This document shows, piece by piece, positions 51,742 to 61,736 of a stretch of 64,000 nt of DNA (its first letter is position 1; every line of letters begins with the position of its first letter). The notes beneath the pieces were generated by a model. The model made no database searches. It saw only the letters and a list, made by a program, of their open reading frames with translations, and was not told the origin of the DNA. The DNA is from Nitrosopumilus sp. (GTDB lineage: Archaea > Thermoproteota > Nitrososphaeria > Nitrososphaerales > Nitrosopumilaceae). The DNA lies in NCBI GenBank assembly GCA_965218695.1, contig OZ244651.1, positions 1,152,001-1,216,000 on the forward strand, read 5' to 3'. A program made the translations under genes and the position numbers.

Positions 51742-53417
51742 AGATCTCATGCAGAATGTGCCTGACCTAAAAAACTGAATTAAACTGGGTTATTCCTACA
51801 TGCAGCACCACATGCAGTCGAATATTCACAGAACCGTAAAGCATGCCAATCCAGGAACGGCAACCGAAACATTAAGATCGGTGGTCTTTACGCCACACCG
51901 TGATGGCAATGCTGGCAGAACCGATCGTGCAGAGAATACGGCAGGAAAACGAGTCGCTCAGGGAATCAGGAGAACTCCACAGGCAGAGGATCAGGGCCCT
52001 CAGGGAGGCACGCAGGACAGACAGGCAGAAGGGCGAGGCCCTCAAGGAACGCCTGACTGACCACTGGACCATCACGTCTAGGTTTCTTGACGACATCATA
52101 AAATATCCTGAATTCCTGCACGCCATGACGCTGCGCACCCCGGAAAGGTTTGACCACACGCTGAACCGCCTCAAGGAGCTTTTGGAGCGGAACGGGGAGA
52201 CTGCGCTCTTTTGGGAAGTTGGGAGCAGATCAAAAAACTCCGGAAGCAGGCGCATCCTGCCCCTGAGGCACGCGTACCTGCTGTGGCTGTTTCGGGCAAG
52301 GCTGAGCATACCGCAGGAAGCCCTTGCCGCGATGTTTGGCGTCGACCAGGCCACCGTCTCCAGGTATCTTCCCCTGATGACCCGGCTGCTAGGCGAGACA
52401 GGCACGGCGCCGCGCAAAATCAGCGAGGCTGCACAAAAGGCCAGGACGTTTGAGGAGAGCAAGAAGATAATACCCGGCAGGAGGGGAGGAGAACTGATGG
52501 TGGACGGCACGCACAACCGGGTCAGAAGATCCGCGGACAAGGAGAGGCGCAAAAAGACGTACTCTGGCAAGAAGAAGGCGCACACGTACAACACCAACAT
52601 CGTGATCAACAAGCGCCGCGTGATAGTTGCGATAAGCAAGACCGTTCCGGGCAGCGTCCACGACAAGACCCTGCTCAACGAGGATCCGCCAAACCTTGGA
52701 ATCATCACTGCAAGGATGGGCCAGAAGGACGTGCCCGAAAAGGAAAAGCCCTATGTCCTGACCGACAAGGGCTACCAGGGGACAAGGGAGGAATATCCCG
52801 GATGGCACATCAGGCACCCGTACAAGAAAAAGCCTGGTGCCGACAAGAAGACAGGTGGCCTGACAAAGAAGCAGCGCGCCTACAACAAGAGGGTAAACAG
52901 TTCCCGGGTGGCCATAGAGCACGTCATAGGGAACCTGAAGCAGTACAAGAGGCTGACTGACCCGTACGACGGCACCGAAGAGGAGTACAACGACGAGCTC
53001 AACGCGATTGCAGGAATGGTAAACCAGGATCTGATGTGGGACGAAATAAAACTCAGGGACGCGGACCTTCTCAAGAGGCTGGCAGAAGAAAGGGCGCGCC
53101 TCTGAGGCAGGGCGGCATGAGCCGCTTGGACGGAGTAAAAGATGCAGCAGTGCAAAAATGCCGCGCATGGCATTCGGATTCGCATGAATCTCCCCCTCCA
53201 ATTCACCATGAAACAATCTGCCGCTCTGGTGGACAGATGCCGCACATCCGCCGGACGTGTCTTGCTTTTCATTCTTGGAAACTAGATTTTTCACATGGAC
53301 GAACAAGACGAATTTGTAAAATATGTGGCAGGTGGGATTTTCAGATACGGCCATGCCCGGCGCAGTTCGGACGTGATTTTATGGTTTGCCGCGTCAGGCG
53401 CATTCTGCATAGGATCT
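51742..53417 (+). mobile_element. IS5-family (DDE_Tnp_4/ISL2-like) element
   Basis: IRs AGATCTCATGCAGAATGTGCCTGAC and (rc) AGATCCTATGCAGAATGCGCCTGAC; 3-bp TSD ACG. Confidence 0.88.
51900..53105 (+). CDS. IS5-family transposase (HTH + DDE)
   Basis: FGVDQATVSR, VDGTH, YSGKKKAH, PGSVHD, TDKGYQG, RVAIEHVIGNLK. Confidence 0.92.
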   Translation: MMAMLAEPIVQRIRQENESLRESGELHRQRIRALREARRTDRQKGEALKERLTDHWTITSRFLDDIIKYPEFLHAMTLRTPERFDHTLNRLKELLERNGETALFWEVGSRSKNSGSRRILPLRHAYLLWLFRARLSIPQEALAAMFGVDQATVSRYLPLMTRLLGETGTAPRKISEAAQKARTFEESKKIIPGRRGGELMVDGTHNRVRRSADKERRKKTYSGKKKAHTYNTNIVINKRRVIVAISKTVPGSVHDKTLLNEDPPNLGIITARMGQKDVPEKEKPYVLTDKGYQGTREEYPGWHIRHPYKKKPGADKKTGGLTKKQRAYNKRVNSSRVAIEHVIGNLKQYKRLTDPYDGTEEEYNDELNAIAGMVNQDLMWDEIKLRDADLLKRLAEERARL

Positions 53418-53886
53418 ACGGTGCTGCGCGGAACATACAGTTCTGCTGCTATCTTTCGAATGCTCATGCCCCTTTTTCTCAGACAGGCAGCCATCATCCT
53501 GATTTTAGCCACCCCCTTTACCCTTCTGGCAATTTTGGCTATCTTTCTGGCCCTTGTCTTCGGCATGAATTTGTTCCCCGATGGAAGTTTTTGAGGGCGG
53601 CAGTTGGGTTTGGCGTGATCCCGCTGCCGTGATGGCACCGAACCAATTACCTTAAATGGAGATCTGGTGTAGATAACTTGGTGTGTTTGTTCGTTCCTGT
53701 GTTGCAATATGAATGACTTACACGCCAACCTATTATGCTGCAATGTCAGGAAATAATGGGTTCTTGCAAATCATTTTTGAAACAATTCTTGGTACTCATC
53801 AATGGGATTTTTTGGATTAATGGCCGACAGGTGTCCGGATTGCTATGGCCGCGACTATCCGCATATCCAGTGTCTCTACTGATTAA

Positions 53887-54585
53887 TCATTGTGTGACAT
53901 GATTTTTTAGTCTGTCAACGACCCTTTGGGTTTCCTTTTCTGAAAACAATTCCCTCTGGTTTACGATGAACGAATTGATGCCTGTCAAATGCCTAACCAA
54001 AACAAACTTGAAGTTAGGATCATACCTCATGTTCTCTTGAATCGGCAGCAGAACCTTTGTAACAGGCGGGTTTTGCGGGCTTCTCCATGCCTTTAATGAA
54101 ATCCACAGTACCAGTCCCGCACGATCCACTTGCTCGTGGGGACTGATGCCTTCATGCTGTTTGTAATATTGGCCACTCCAGTTTTTGACCTCGATGATGA
54201 CCACGCCCCTTTTTGAAACCACCACAAAATCCATCTGTGCAGATCTTAGGTTTTTTTGGCCGCTGTAAGTCACGTAATGCGGCAATTCAAACTCAAGCCC
54301 GCACAAGACGTGATAATCATCAGGCAGTCTGGACAGCTCGTTCAAGACTCTTAACTCGCCACGGGTGCCTGCGTGCGTCGGATCGCCTTTGTTCTTTTCA
54401 AACCTGTTTAGCTGCCTTTGCTTGTTCCATCTCCTGATGCGTCCGAAAAACCCGTTATCCTCTTCTTTCATCTGCGCTTTCAAGTCTTCGTAGATTTTCT
54501 CAATGTCTTCAATTTTTTGCACCGATCTAGGATATTTGTTTAAGAGTTCCCTTTCACTGCCCGAGATTCCGTAGATTAAAGCCAC
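53887..54585 (-). CDS. NERD-domain (PD-(D/E)xK) nuclease-like protein
   Basis: GTRGELRV, AQMDFVVVSKRGVVIIEVKNW, SPHEQ. Confidence 0.85.
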   Translation of the reverse strand: MALIYGISGSERELLNKYPRSVQKIEDIEKIYEDLKAQMKEEDNGFFGRIRRWNKQRQLNRFEKNKGDPTHAGTRGELRVLNELSRLPDDYHVLCGLEFELPHYVTYSGQKNLRSAQMDFVVVSKRGVVIIEVKNWSGQYYKQHEGISPHEQVDRAGLVLWISLKAWRSPQNPPVTKVLLPIQENMRYDPNFKFVLVRHLTGINSFIVNQRELFSEKETQRVVDRLKNHVTQ

Positions 54586-55094
54586 AATAACTCGTTATGA
54601 ATCTCATATAGTTAAAAATATTTTTGATAATAGAAAAGCGATAATGCATACAAAAGATCAAAAATCCTTGCACAGCACCACATATTTTCGGCTGGTAAAT
54701 TTGAGGGGCCCAAGCAGGATAAGCATTGATGTTTAGTAAATGATACAGGGTAGAGACAGAAACCAGCACCCATTTTACAGTACAGTAATTTGTAGAATCA
54801 ATTTTCGGGACATTTTGATGAGGATGTATTGCTTGCGTTTGGGGGTGCAAGACAAACACGTCATAATTTACAACATGTCTCTGCAGGGCTATCTACTCAT
54901 CCAAGTGTAGTGATCTTGGCATATGCAGCTGAAATTTTTATAACAAAACCCAAAGAAATTCTAGGCATCCTAAATTGATTAAAGTAAATAACTATGCTGG
55001 CATGCCTGTGCAGGTACTCGGAGATATGGTGCAATGTCGCATGACTCTGGTGGGCAACGCCGGGAACTCCCTGCGGCTGCCGGGCCCTGCCGCA

Positions 55095-55973
55095 TTACGC
55101 CGCCGAATCCGACTTTACAAACCTTATGGTGTTTCTGAGGGACCCTAGCGACTCTATCTCCACCTCCACCACGTCGCCGTCCTTCAGGAACACCGCGTTG
55201 GGCTTTCCCAGCATCACGCCTGCAGGCGTTCCAGTCGATATGATGTCGCCTGCCTCCAGCGTCATGACCCTTGATATCTTTGAGATGATATCGGGGATCT
55301 TTATTGACATGTTGGAGGTGTTCGAGTTCTGCCTGGTCTCCCCGTTGACCTTGGTAGTCATTTTCAGGTTTTGCACGTCTTTGACCTCGTCGGCCGTGGT
55401 TATCCACGGCCCGCACGGTGCAAACGTGTCAAAGCCCTTCCCCCGGGTGAACTGCTTGTCCATAAACTGGATGTCGCGCGCAGAGACGTCGTTGAATACC
55501 ATGTACCCGAATATCACGTCCATGGCATCGGAGGCTGCAACGTCCTTGCACCTCTTTTTGACTATCACTGCAAGCTCCGCCTCGTAGTCCAGCTGTTTGA
55601 CAAAGTCAGGGCATACGATGTCTGAGTTTGTGCCGTTCAGGGCGGTCCTTGGCTTTATTACGAGCGCAGGCTCGCTTGGCGCCTCCAGTCCCTGTTCCCT
55701 TGCATGATCCACATAGTTGAAGGCCAGACAGATTATCTTGCTGGGGCTTGATATGGGCGGCAGCAGGCTGTACCCTGACAGGTCCTGGTCGTACGGCAGG
55801 CTGTCGGCCATCCCCCTGACCTCCTCGTACCACCCGTCAAACAGAAAGTCCTTTGTGCTGTGCGGGACAGGTATCCCGGTAAGGTAGGTCATCTCGTCCC
55901 TTGTGGACACCCTTCCGTCCCTGACGATCCCGTACGTCGGGCCGTCGTCATTTGAGAGTCTTGCTATCCTCAT
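55095..55973 (-). CDS. Fumarylacetoacetate hydrolase family protein
   Basis: NYVDH, DYEAEL, NDVSARD, GKGFDTF, TGTPAGV. Confidence 0.93.
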   Translation of the reverse strand: MRIARLSNDDGPTYGIVRDGRVSTRDEMTYLTGIPVPHSTKDFLFDGWYEEVRGMADSLPYDQDLSGYSLLPPISSPSKIICLAFNYVDHAREQGLEAPSEPALVIKPRTALNGTNSDIVCPDFVKQLDYEAELAVIVKKRCKDVAASDAMDVIFGYMVFNDVSARDIQFMDKQFTRGKGFDTFAPCGPWITTADEVKDVQNLKMTTKVNGETRQNSNTSNMSIKIPDIISKISRVMTLEAGDIISTGTPAGVMLGKPNAVFLKDGDVVEVEIESLGSLRNTIRFVKSDSAA

Positions 55974-55979
55974 GGCTCA

Positions 55980-57683
55980 TCACTTATGTGTAAACACTGC
56001 TTGCTTTTGTGAGTTCTTCTGGCAGTATCCAAACCTGACAAACTGAATCTCGCTGCCGTCTTTTATCTTAAGATAGTGCGGCTCCACGCACGCATCCATC
56101 TCCCCAAGGCTGTCCTTGTCAAACTCGTCGCCGTCGAATAGCAGTCCTGGAATGATTATCTTCAGCGTGTGCGCATTCTTTTGCGGAACCCACTGTATCT
56201 TTGGAACATCCGCCGTGCCGCCCTCCACAAGATCCCCTGAAAGGGGGTGGCCGCCCTCTGTGATCAGGACGTTTCCAAGCCCGATGAGCCTGACTGTCGC
56301 GCCGGGGCCAAGGGAGGCTGCGTCATCCCCTGATATGTAAAAGTTCCCGTCAACTGGTATCCTTCTGCCTCCCATGCCTGCTGCCGCTGTCGGATGGTTT
56401 GGCATCTCGACAGAGTCCGTCTCAACCCCCCTCACCGAAAGCGCCCTGGGCCTTCCCGCCATGAACAGCCTGATGCTCTGCGGATCCACCACCTTTCTGT
56501 TGAATGCCTCAAGCGCCTCAAACGGCGCAAGCGTGTTGGACTTTGTCAGGCCAAGCGACATGACAAACTTCCTGACTGCCTCGGGCCTGATTCCCCTGCA
56601 CTTCAGGCCCTCGAGTGTGGGGAGCCTCGGGTCGTCATACCACGAGACCATGCCCTCCTCGATCAACGGCCTTATGATCCTCTTGGACGTGGGCATCCCC
56701 TCAAACTCTAGCCTGGAGAAGAATCCCTGGTGCGGAACCCGCATGTTCAGGGATTCGAGAATGCTGCGGTTCAGCTCCTCCCTTAGCTCAAACTCCTTGG
56801 AGCGAAACGCATGGGTCACCCCGTCTATGCTGTCCTCTATGGCCACTGCAAAGTCGTAGCTTGGCCACACTGCATACCTGTTGCCAAGGGTGTAGTGCTT
56901 TGCGTGTATGACCCTGAACAGCACGGGATCCCTCATCACCGCGTTGTCTGCCTTCATGTCACCCCGGAACCTCACCACGGCCTCCCCGGGCTTGAACCTG
57001 CTGTGCATCTTCTCCCAGTTCTCTGCGTTCTTTTCTGGCCTTCTCATGCTGCACTTGCAGGCGATCCTCTGCCTTCTGTTCTTGCTGATGTCGTCCCTCT
57101 TGCAGGTGCAGACGTACGCCAGATCCGCATCAATCAATTGCCCGCCCTTTTCATAGAAGACATCCATGTCGTCTGAGGTGCTCTTTATGACATCCGGCGT
57201 GATGCCAAGCCACTCCAGCCCGACCTTGATTGCAGCATGGTACTCCATCCTCTCTGCCTCCGGGTTTGTATCGTCCATTCGCAGAATGAACTTCCCCCCG
57301 TACATCCTTGCATACTCTGAGTTGATGATTGCAGCCTTTGCGTGGCCTATGTGGGGGTATCCGTTGGGCTCGGGGGGAAACCTTGTGACGACCTGGCCGT
57401 GCACTGCGCCATGCAGCTCCGGAAGGCCTTCTCTCTCCTCCCTGTGCTTTGGCGCAAGAACCTCCGGGAAACTCTCTGCAATCTCGTCGTTCTGCTCCTG
57501 GAGGCTCATGGAATTGACCTGGGCGACGATCCCGTCTATCGTGGCTGAGATCTCCGATACCCTGTCGCGCAGATCCGGCCTTGCCCCCAGAATCCTCCCC
57601 ATTACCGTCCCGCTTCGCGTCTGTCCCCCGTGCTCGGATGCGTTCTGAAGGGCGGCCCTTCTAATCTCCCTGTCCAGATCCAT
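55980..57683 (-). CDS. gltX: Glutamyl-tRNA synthetase
   Basis: RFPPEPNGYPHIGH, RMDDTNP, DDPRLPTL. Confidence 0.97.
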   Translation of the reverse strand: MDLDREIRRAALQNASEHGGQTRSGTVMGRILGARPDLRDRVSEISATIDGIVAQVNSMSLQEQNDEIAESFPEVLAPKHREEREGLPELHGAVHGQVVTRFPPEPNGYPHIGHAKAAIINSEYARMYGGKFILRMDDTNPEAERMEYHAAIKVGLEWLGITPDVIKSTSDDMDVFYEKGGQLIDADLAYVCTCKRDDISKNRRQRIACKCSMRRPEKNAENWEKMHSRFKPGEAVVRFRGDMKADNAVMRDPVLFRVIHAKHYTLGNRYAVWPSYDFAVAIEDSIDGVTHAFRSKEFELREELNRSILESLNMRVPHQGFFSRLEFEGMPTSKRIIRPLIEEGMVSWYDDPRLPTLEGLKCRGIRPEAVRKFVMSLGLTKSNTLAPFEALEAFNRKVVDPQSIRLFMAGRPRALSVRGVETDSVEMPNHPTAAAGMGGRRIPVDGNFYISGDDAASLGPGATVRLIGLGNVLITEGGHPLSGDLVEGGTADVPKIQWVPQKNAHTLKIIIPGLLFDGDEFDKDSLGEMDACVEPHYLKIKDGSEIQFVRFGYCQKNSQKQAVFTHK

Positions 57684-57684
57684 T

Positions 57685-58665
57685 CTACGATCTTCTCTTG
57701 ACTACAAAATCCAAAAGTGCGGCAAGCTCCTCCTGTACGAGTCCCGAGTATCCTGCAAGCGATGTACTTGCCTTCTTGGCATACTTTGTGGCCATCCCCC
57801 TGACGCTCTCCTCTATTCCCAGGGAGCGGATTACCTCTGCTGCAGCACACAGCTCGTCCGGTGACGCCTTTGGGTTTCCAAAGGCACCTGTGATCGTGTC
57901 CCTGTCGGCACCGCCCTCTACCGTATTTATTGCCATCAGGATTGGAAGCGACTTCTTGCCCTCCCTGAGATCGTTTCCGACGGGCTTTTTTGTAACGTCC
58001 GGATCACCCATCACCCCTATCAGGTCGTCTGTTATCTGGAACGCGATTCCCAGGTTTCTGCCAAACGAGGAGAGGTTTGCAATGTCTTTGTCGCTTCCCC
58101 CTGCACAGACTGCCCCCATGGTGCAGGAGACATCAAAGAGGGCCGCAGTCTTTTTGCGGATCATCGTAATATACTCTGCCTGGGTCGGGATCCTCTCCTC
58201 CTCGGACATCTTCATGTCCAGGAACTGGCCCTCGCACACGTCCACGCATGCCTTTGCAAGCCTTGAGACCAGAATGGCAGCCTTCTGCGGCTGCATCCCC
58301 GAGTCTGCAATGGTCTGGTATGCCTTTGAGTACAGCACGTCTCCGGCAAGTATTGCAACCGGCGTACCGAACATCTTGTGGACCGTCTGCACGCCGTGCC
58401 TCATGTCGTCGTTGTCCATTATGTCATCGTGTACCAGTGTAAAGTTGTGAATCATCTCCACTGCGCCTGCTGCCGGCATGGCGTCTGATGCCGTACCGCC
58501 CAGCAGCTGGCAGCTCCGGACTACCATGTACGGCCTGAGCCTCTTTCCGCCGTGAACGATCAGGTGTCCTGCAGCCTCGTAGAGCCTCTCGGGCTTTCCG
58601 CCTATCTTGGCCCCCAAGTACCTGTTGATCTTTTTTGCGTTGGATCCGATGGGGCTAGGCCTCAT
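57685..58665 (-). CDS. Geranylgeranyl diphosphate synthase
   Basis: GGKRLRP, LVHDDIMD, FQITDD, DLREGKK. Confidence 0.95.
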   Translation of the reverse strand: MRPSPIGSNAKKINRYLGAKIGGKPERLYEAAGHLIVHGGKRLRPYMVVRSCQLLGGTASDAMPAAGAVEMIHNFTLVHDDIMDNDDMRHGVQTVHKMFGTPVAILAGDVLYSKAYQTIADSGMQPQKAAILVSRLAKACVDVCEGQFLDMKMSEEERIPTQAEYITMIRKKTAALFDVSCTMGAVCAGGSDKDIANLSSFGRNLGIAFQITDDLIGVMGDPDVTKKPVGNDLREGKKSLPILMAINTVEGGADRDTITGAFGNPKASPDELCAAAEVIRSLGIEESVRGMATKYAKKASTSLAGYSGLVQEELAALLDFVVKRRS

Positions 58666-59302
58666 GTACAAGCCTCCATCTGTCGTCCGGCAGGTGCGCG
58701 CCGATTGCCCTGCGCAGTATTTCGTGCGTCCTGCCGCCCATCCATCCTGACAGAACCCCTGCGTGCCTTTCCAGTGCTGCCTTGTCGGACATGTCAAGCA
58801 GGTCAAGTGCAATCAGCATCCACGGGCAGTACATGCTCGGATCCGACTCGATCTCTGAGAGCAGTGCCTCTGCAGAGGCTGCCCTTATCTGGTCTATCTC
58901 ATCCTTGGCCCCTACAAGCCCGTCTGTATCGCCAATGACCCCGATCAAGGTGGCGCATATCTCGTTTTCAGAGCCCACATCCAGGTATGGCACGTGGTAC
59001 TCGAACTTGTGCAGGTACTCCAGCGTCGTACCCACCCCAAGCTCCTCAGGCATCCTTCTCTGGCCTGACAGGACGTACGTCTCGGACTCTCTTGGGTGGC
59101 TTGCAAAGGTTCCGTCCCAGTAGCCTGGCCACAGCATCTTGGTGCCTGCCCGCCTTCCCAGAACCAGCCTGCCGCTCCCATCGAACAGCAGTGCCGTAAA
59201 CGCCCGGTGCAGCAGTCCGTCCGGCATGTGGCATCTGACCTTCTCTGCTGTACCTATGGGATTGTCGTCTTTATCCACTAAGATTACAAACTCCTCAGAC
59301 AT
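58655..59302 (-). CDS. idi: Isopentenyl-diphosphate isomerase, type 1
   Basis: LLHRAF, WPGYWD..ASHP, EELG, ENEIC. Confidence 0.9.
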   Translation of the reverse strand: MSEEFVILVDKDDNPIGTAEKVRCHMPDGLLHRAFTALLFDGSGRLVLGRRAGTKMLWPGYWDGTFASHPRESETYVLSGQRRMPEELGVGTTLEYLHKFEYHVPYLDVGSENEICATLIGVIGDTDGLVGAKDEIDQIRAASAEALLSEIESDPSMYCPWMLIALDLLDMSDKAALERHAGVLSGWMGGRTHEILRRAIGAHLPDDRWRLVHEA

Positions 59303-60053
59303 TCCTCTTGCCTCTGAACAGTGTCCCTTCAAACCTCTTGTTTTTAACAGCTTCTTTGATCCTCTCCGGCTTGTTCCCGTTGACTAGGAATACGGCGATC
59401 CCGTCCTGCGCAATCCTGGTAGCCTCCTGCACCTTTCTTGACATGCCGCCGGTGACGTCCATGCCGCCGCTTGGCGCAAACGTGGCGTCTGCATCGCCTA
59501 TCTGGCGAATCAGGCGCTTTGACTTGAGATCCGTGTACAGGCCGTCCTCGTCGAGCGCAAAGATGCAGAGCCTGGGCCTGAGGGCCTGGGCCAGATGCGT
59601 CATTATTCTGTCCCCCGACAGGATGTATGTCTTCTTTTTGCCCCACCACAGGGCATCCCCGTATGTGACCGGAATAAACCCCGCACCTGCAATCCTTTTA
59701 ATCTCGAGTATCTTTTCGGGGATTGGTGCGCCGCCTGCCATAAAGTCGGTAGGCGGCAGGCTGTACGGGTTCAGCCCGTTCTTTAGCATCGAGTCTACGA
59801 TTATGCTGTCCAGATGGATCATCGAGTTCTTTACAGTCGAGACGCCGCGTGCGTCATACTTTTTTTCCTTGGTATGCATGTCGTACTTTACAGACCAGTA
59901 GTGCCCGTAAGAGCCGCCGCCGTGCACCACTATGGTTGGCTCGTCAATCCCTGCAAGGCCGGCGGCTGCAATTCCATCTATGGCCTTTCTCCTGGCATAC
60001 AGCGGCCTTGACTTGTTAGTAATTACCGAGCCGCCAAGCTTTATCAGAATCAT
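59295..60053 (-). CDS. Isopentenyl phosphate kinase
   Basis: IKLGGSVIT, VHGGGSYGH, SGD, DVTGGM. Confidence 0.92.
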   Translation of the reverse strand: MILIKLGGSVITNKSRPLYARRKAIDGIAAAGLAGIDEPTIVVHGGGSYGHYWSVKYDMHTKEKKYDARGVSTVKNSMIHLDSIIVDSMLKNGLNPYSLPPTDFMAGGAPIPEKILEIKRIAGAGFIPVTYGDALWWGKKKTYILSGDRIMTHLAQALRPRLCIFALDEDGLYTDLKSKRLIRQIGDADATFAPSGGMDVTGGMSRKVQEATRIAQDGIAVFLVNGNKPERIKEAVKNKRFEGTLFRGKRNV

Positions 60054-60144
60054 ACCGTTCCAAACTGTCTGGTCAATTAAAAAGTATACAGCTCTGATCC
60101 TTGGATAGTCCTGTCCGGCCCCAACCGTGAATGGCGCTGCGGAC

Positions 60145-61101
60145 CTAGCCGCCGCCGTATGACAGCCCCGTGCAGTCGATCCTGGCCGCAAAGCACTCGT
60201 ATCCGTCTCTTCTGAACCGTTCCATGACTCCATCCCTGCCCGGTTCGTCAGTTATTGCAATGACGCATCCGCCGTCCCCGGCGCCGGTTATCTTTGCCCC
60301 AAACGAGGAATCCTGTCCTATGCGGACCATCTCATCAAGCGTATCGTTTGAGACGCCTATCCCATGGAGCAGTCTCTGGTTTTTGGCTGCCATCTTGCCA
60401 AGCCCACGGGCATCCTCAGTCCTGAGCATCCCAAGGACTGCATCTATGATTCCTGACTCCTCGCCGCACATCCTGGCAAAGTCCTCCATGTTGTTCTCCC
60501 GGAATCCCCGCACCCTCTCCACCACGGCATCTGTCGAGTGGCTCATCTGCGAGTCGGCAATCACCAAGTCGATGCCAGTGTCTGAATCCAGCCTGGCAAA
60601 CCCTCGGGTCCTGTCGTACCTGCCAATCCCCCCGTACGTGCAGACTGCGCAGTCGGCCCCAGACGTGTTCTCAAAGATGGTCCTTTCTGCCTCTACTGCA
60701 AGCCTCAGGACATCTTCCCTGTCGGTACTTCCTGAGAGTCCAAGGACAGCCGCCGCCCCTGCCACGCAGCATGCCGACGAGGAGCCCAGCCCGGCCCCCA
60801 CCGGAATCTCCGACTCTATTGCGATGCGCATCCCGCCTTCACCGTCGCTACTCCTCCTCTTGTCTGCCATGTAATAGAACGGCCGAAGCTCGGGGGTGAC
60901 ATCCGAGATCTGCCTGCCTGCCTCAGATGACATCCTTCCGATGCTTGACTCTATGGATATCGTGCCATCGTCTGTCTGCTCTGCTGTAACTGTGGCCCTC
61001 CTGTCTATGGCACACAGGATGGCCCCTGTCCCATACACCACAAAATGTTCTCCAAACAGGATTATCTTTCCCGGGGCAGACGCCCTGGACTTTGCATGGA
61101 T
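60145..61101 (-). CDS. mvk: Mevalonate kinase (start codon unclear)
   Basis: APGKIILFGEHFVVYG, PVGAGLGSSSA, KITGAGDGG. Confidence 0.93.
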   Translation of the reverse strand: MHAKSRASAPGKIILFGEHFVVYGTGAILCAIDRRATVTAEQTDDGTISIESSIGRMSSEAGRQISDVTPELRPFYYMADKRRSSDGEGGMRIAIESEIPVGAGLGSSSACCVAGAAAVLGLSGSTDREDVLRLAVEAERTIFENTSGADCAVCTYGGIGRYDRTRGFARLDSDTGIDLVIADSQMSHSTDAVVERVRGFRENNMEDFARMCGEESGIIDAVLGMLRTEDARGLGKMAAKNQRLLHGIGVSNDTLDEMVRIGQDSSFGAKITGAGDGGCVIAITDEPGRDGVMERFRRDGYECFAARIDCTGLSYGGG

Positions 61102-61102
61102 G

Positions 61103-61729
61103 TTACTCGCTGTCGCCTTCGATGATCTTGGTCTCAAAGTCGTCAATCTCGTACTCTGTCGGATCGTCCTCTCCAAGCTCGCCCCTCTCGATGAGAATCT
61201 GGCGCATCAGCAGCCAGTAGACTGCGGCAAGTGCCTTCCTTCCCCTGTTGTTTGCAGGTATTATCACGTCCAGGTTTGAGGTGATGTTGTCCGTATTGGC
61301 AACCCCGATCACCGGAATTCCTGCGTTTGTGGCCTCCGTGATTGCCTGTCCGTCAACTTGCGGATCCGATATCAGGACCAGCTTTGGTTCTATGTAGTAT
61401 GGGAGTGACGGGTTTGTCAGCGTTCCCGGCATGAATCTTCCAAGAATCTTTTTGGATCCGTGAACCTCGCAAAACTTCTCCACCGGGGTCTCTGCGTACT
61501 GCCTGCCTGAACAGACGATCATATTGTCGGCTCCCAGCCTGTTGATAAACTTGGCAGCAGTCTTGATCTTCTCCATGGTAATGTCCATGTCCAGCATGTA
61601 CAGCCCTTCCGGACTTGCCTTTGTGATGAATGACCTCATGAACTTTGTCTTGACCTGCGTTCCGACCCTTATACCGGTGTTGCGGATCTTCATCCTTATG
61701 TCGGTGACTTCTGTTGCTTGCTGACTCAT
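61103..61729 (-). CDS. rps2: 30S ribosomal protein S2
   Basis: GRFMPGTLTNP, DVIIPANNRGRKAL. Confidence 0.96.
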   Translation of the reverse strand: MSQQATEVTDIRMKIRNTGIRVGTQVKTKFMRSFITKASPEGLYMLDMDITMEKIKTAAKFINRLGADNMIVCSGRQYAETPVEKFCEVHGSKKILGRFMPGTLTNPSLPYYIEPKLVLISDPQVDGQAITEATNAGIPVIGVANTDNITSNLDVIIPANNRGRKALAAVYWLLMRQILIERGELGEDDPTEYEIDDFETKIIEGDSE

Positions 61730-61736
61730 GACGATT

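Larger units (their letters stand above)
50802..53566 (-). pseudogene. IS630 transposase interrupted in its HTH
   Basis: MPKTRARK...VPRSTV|YDWLLRMHKRG...WDEG...LDNASYH...LPPYTPQLNPTE. Confidence 0.88.
50630..53857 (-). mobile_element. IS630-like element E (contains an IS5-family element)
   Basis: 27-bp IRs TAGTCGTGGCCATAGCAATCCGGACAC / GTGTCCGGATTGCTATGGCCGCGACTA; TCCG flanks both ends. Confidence 0.88.

Noticed and set aside
58655-59302. Type 1 IDI in an archaeon as a novelty
   Set aside because: It sits in the conserved mvk-ipk-idi-GGPPS operon, and type 1 IDI is already known from thaumarchaeotes.
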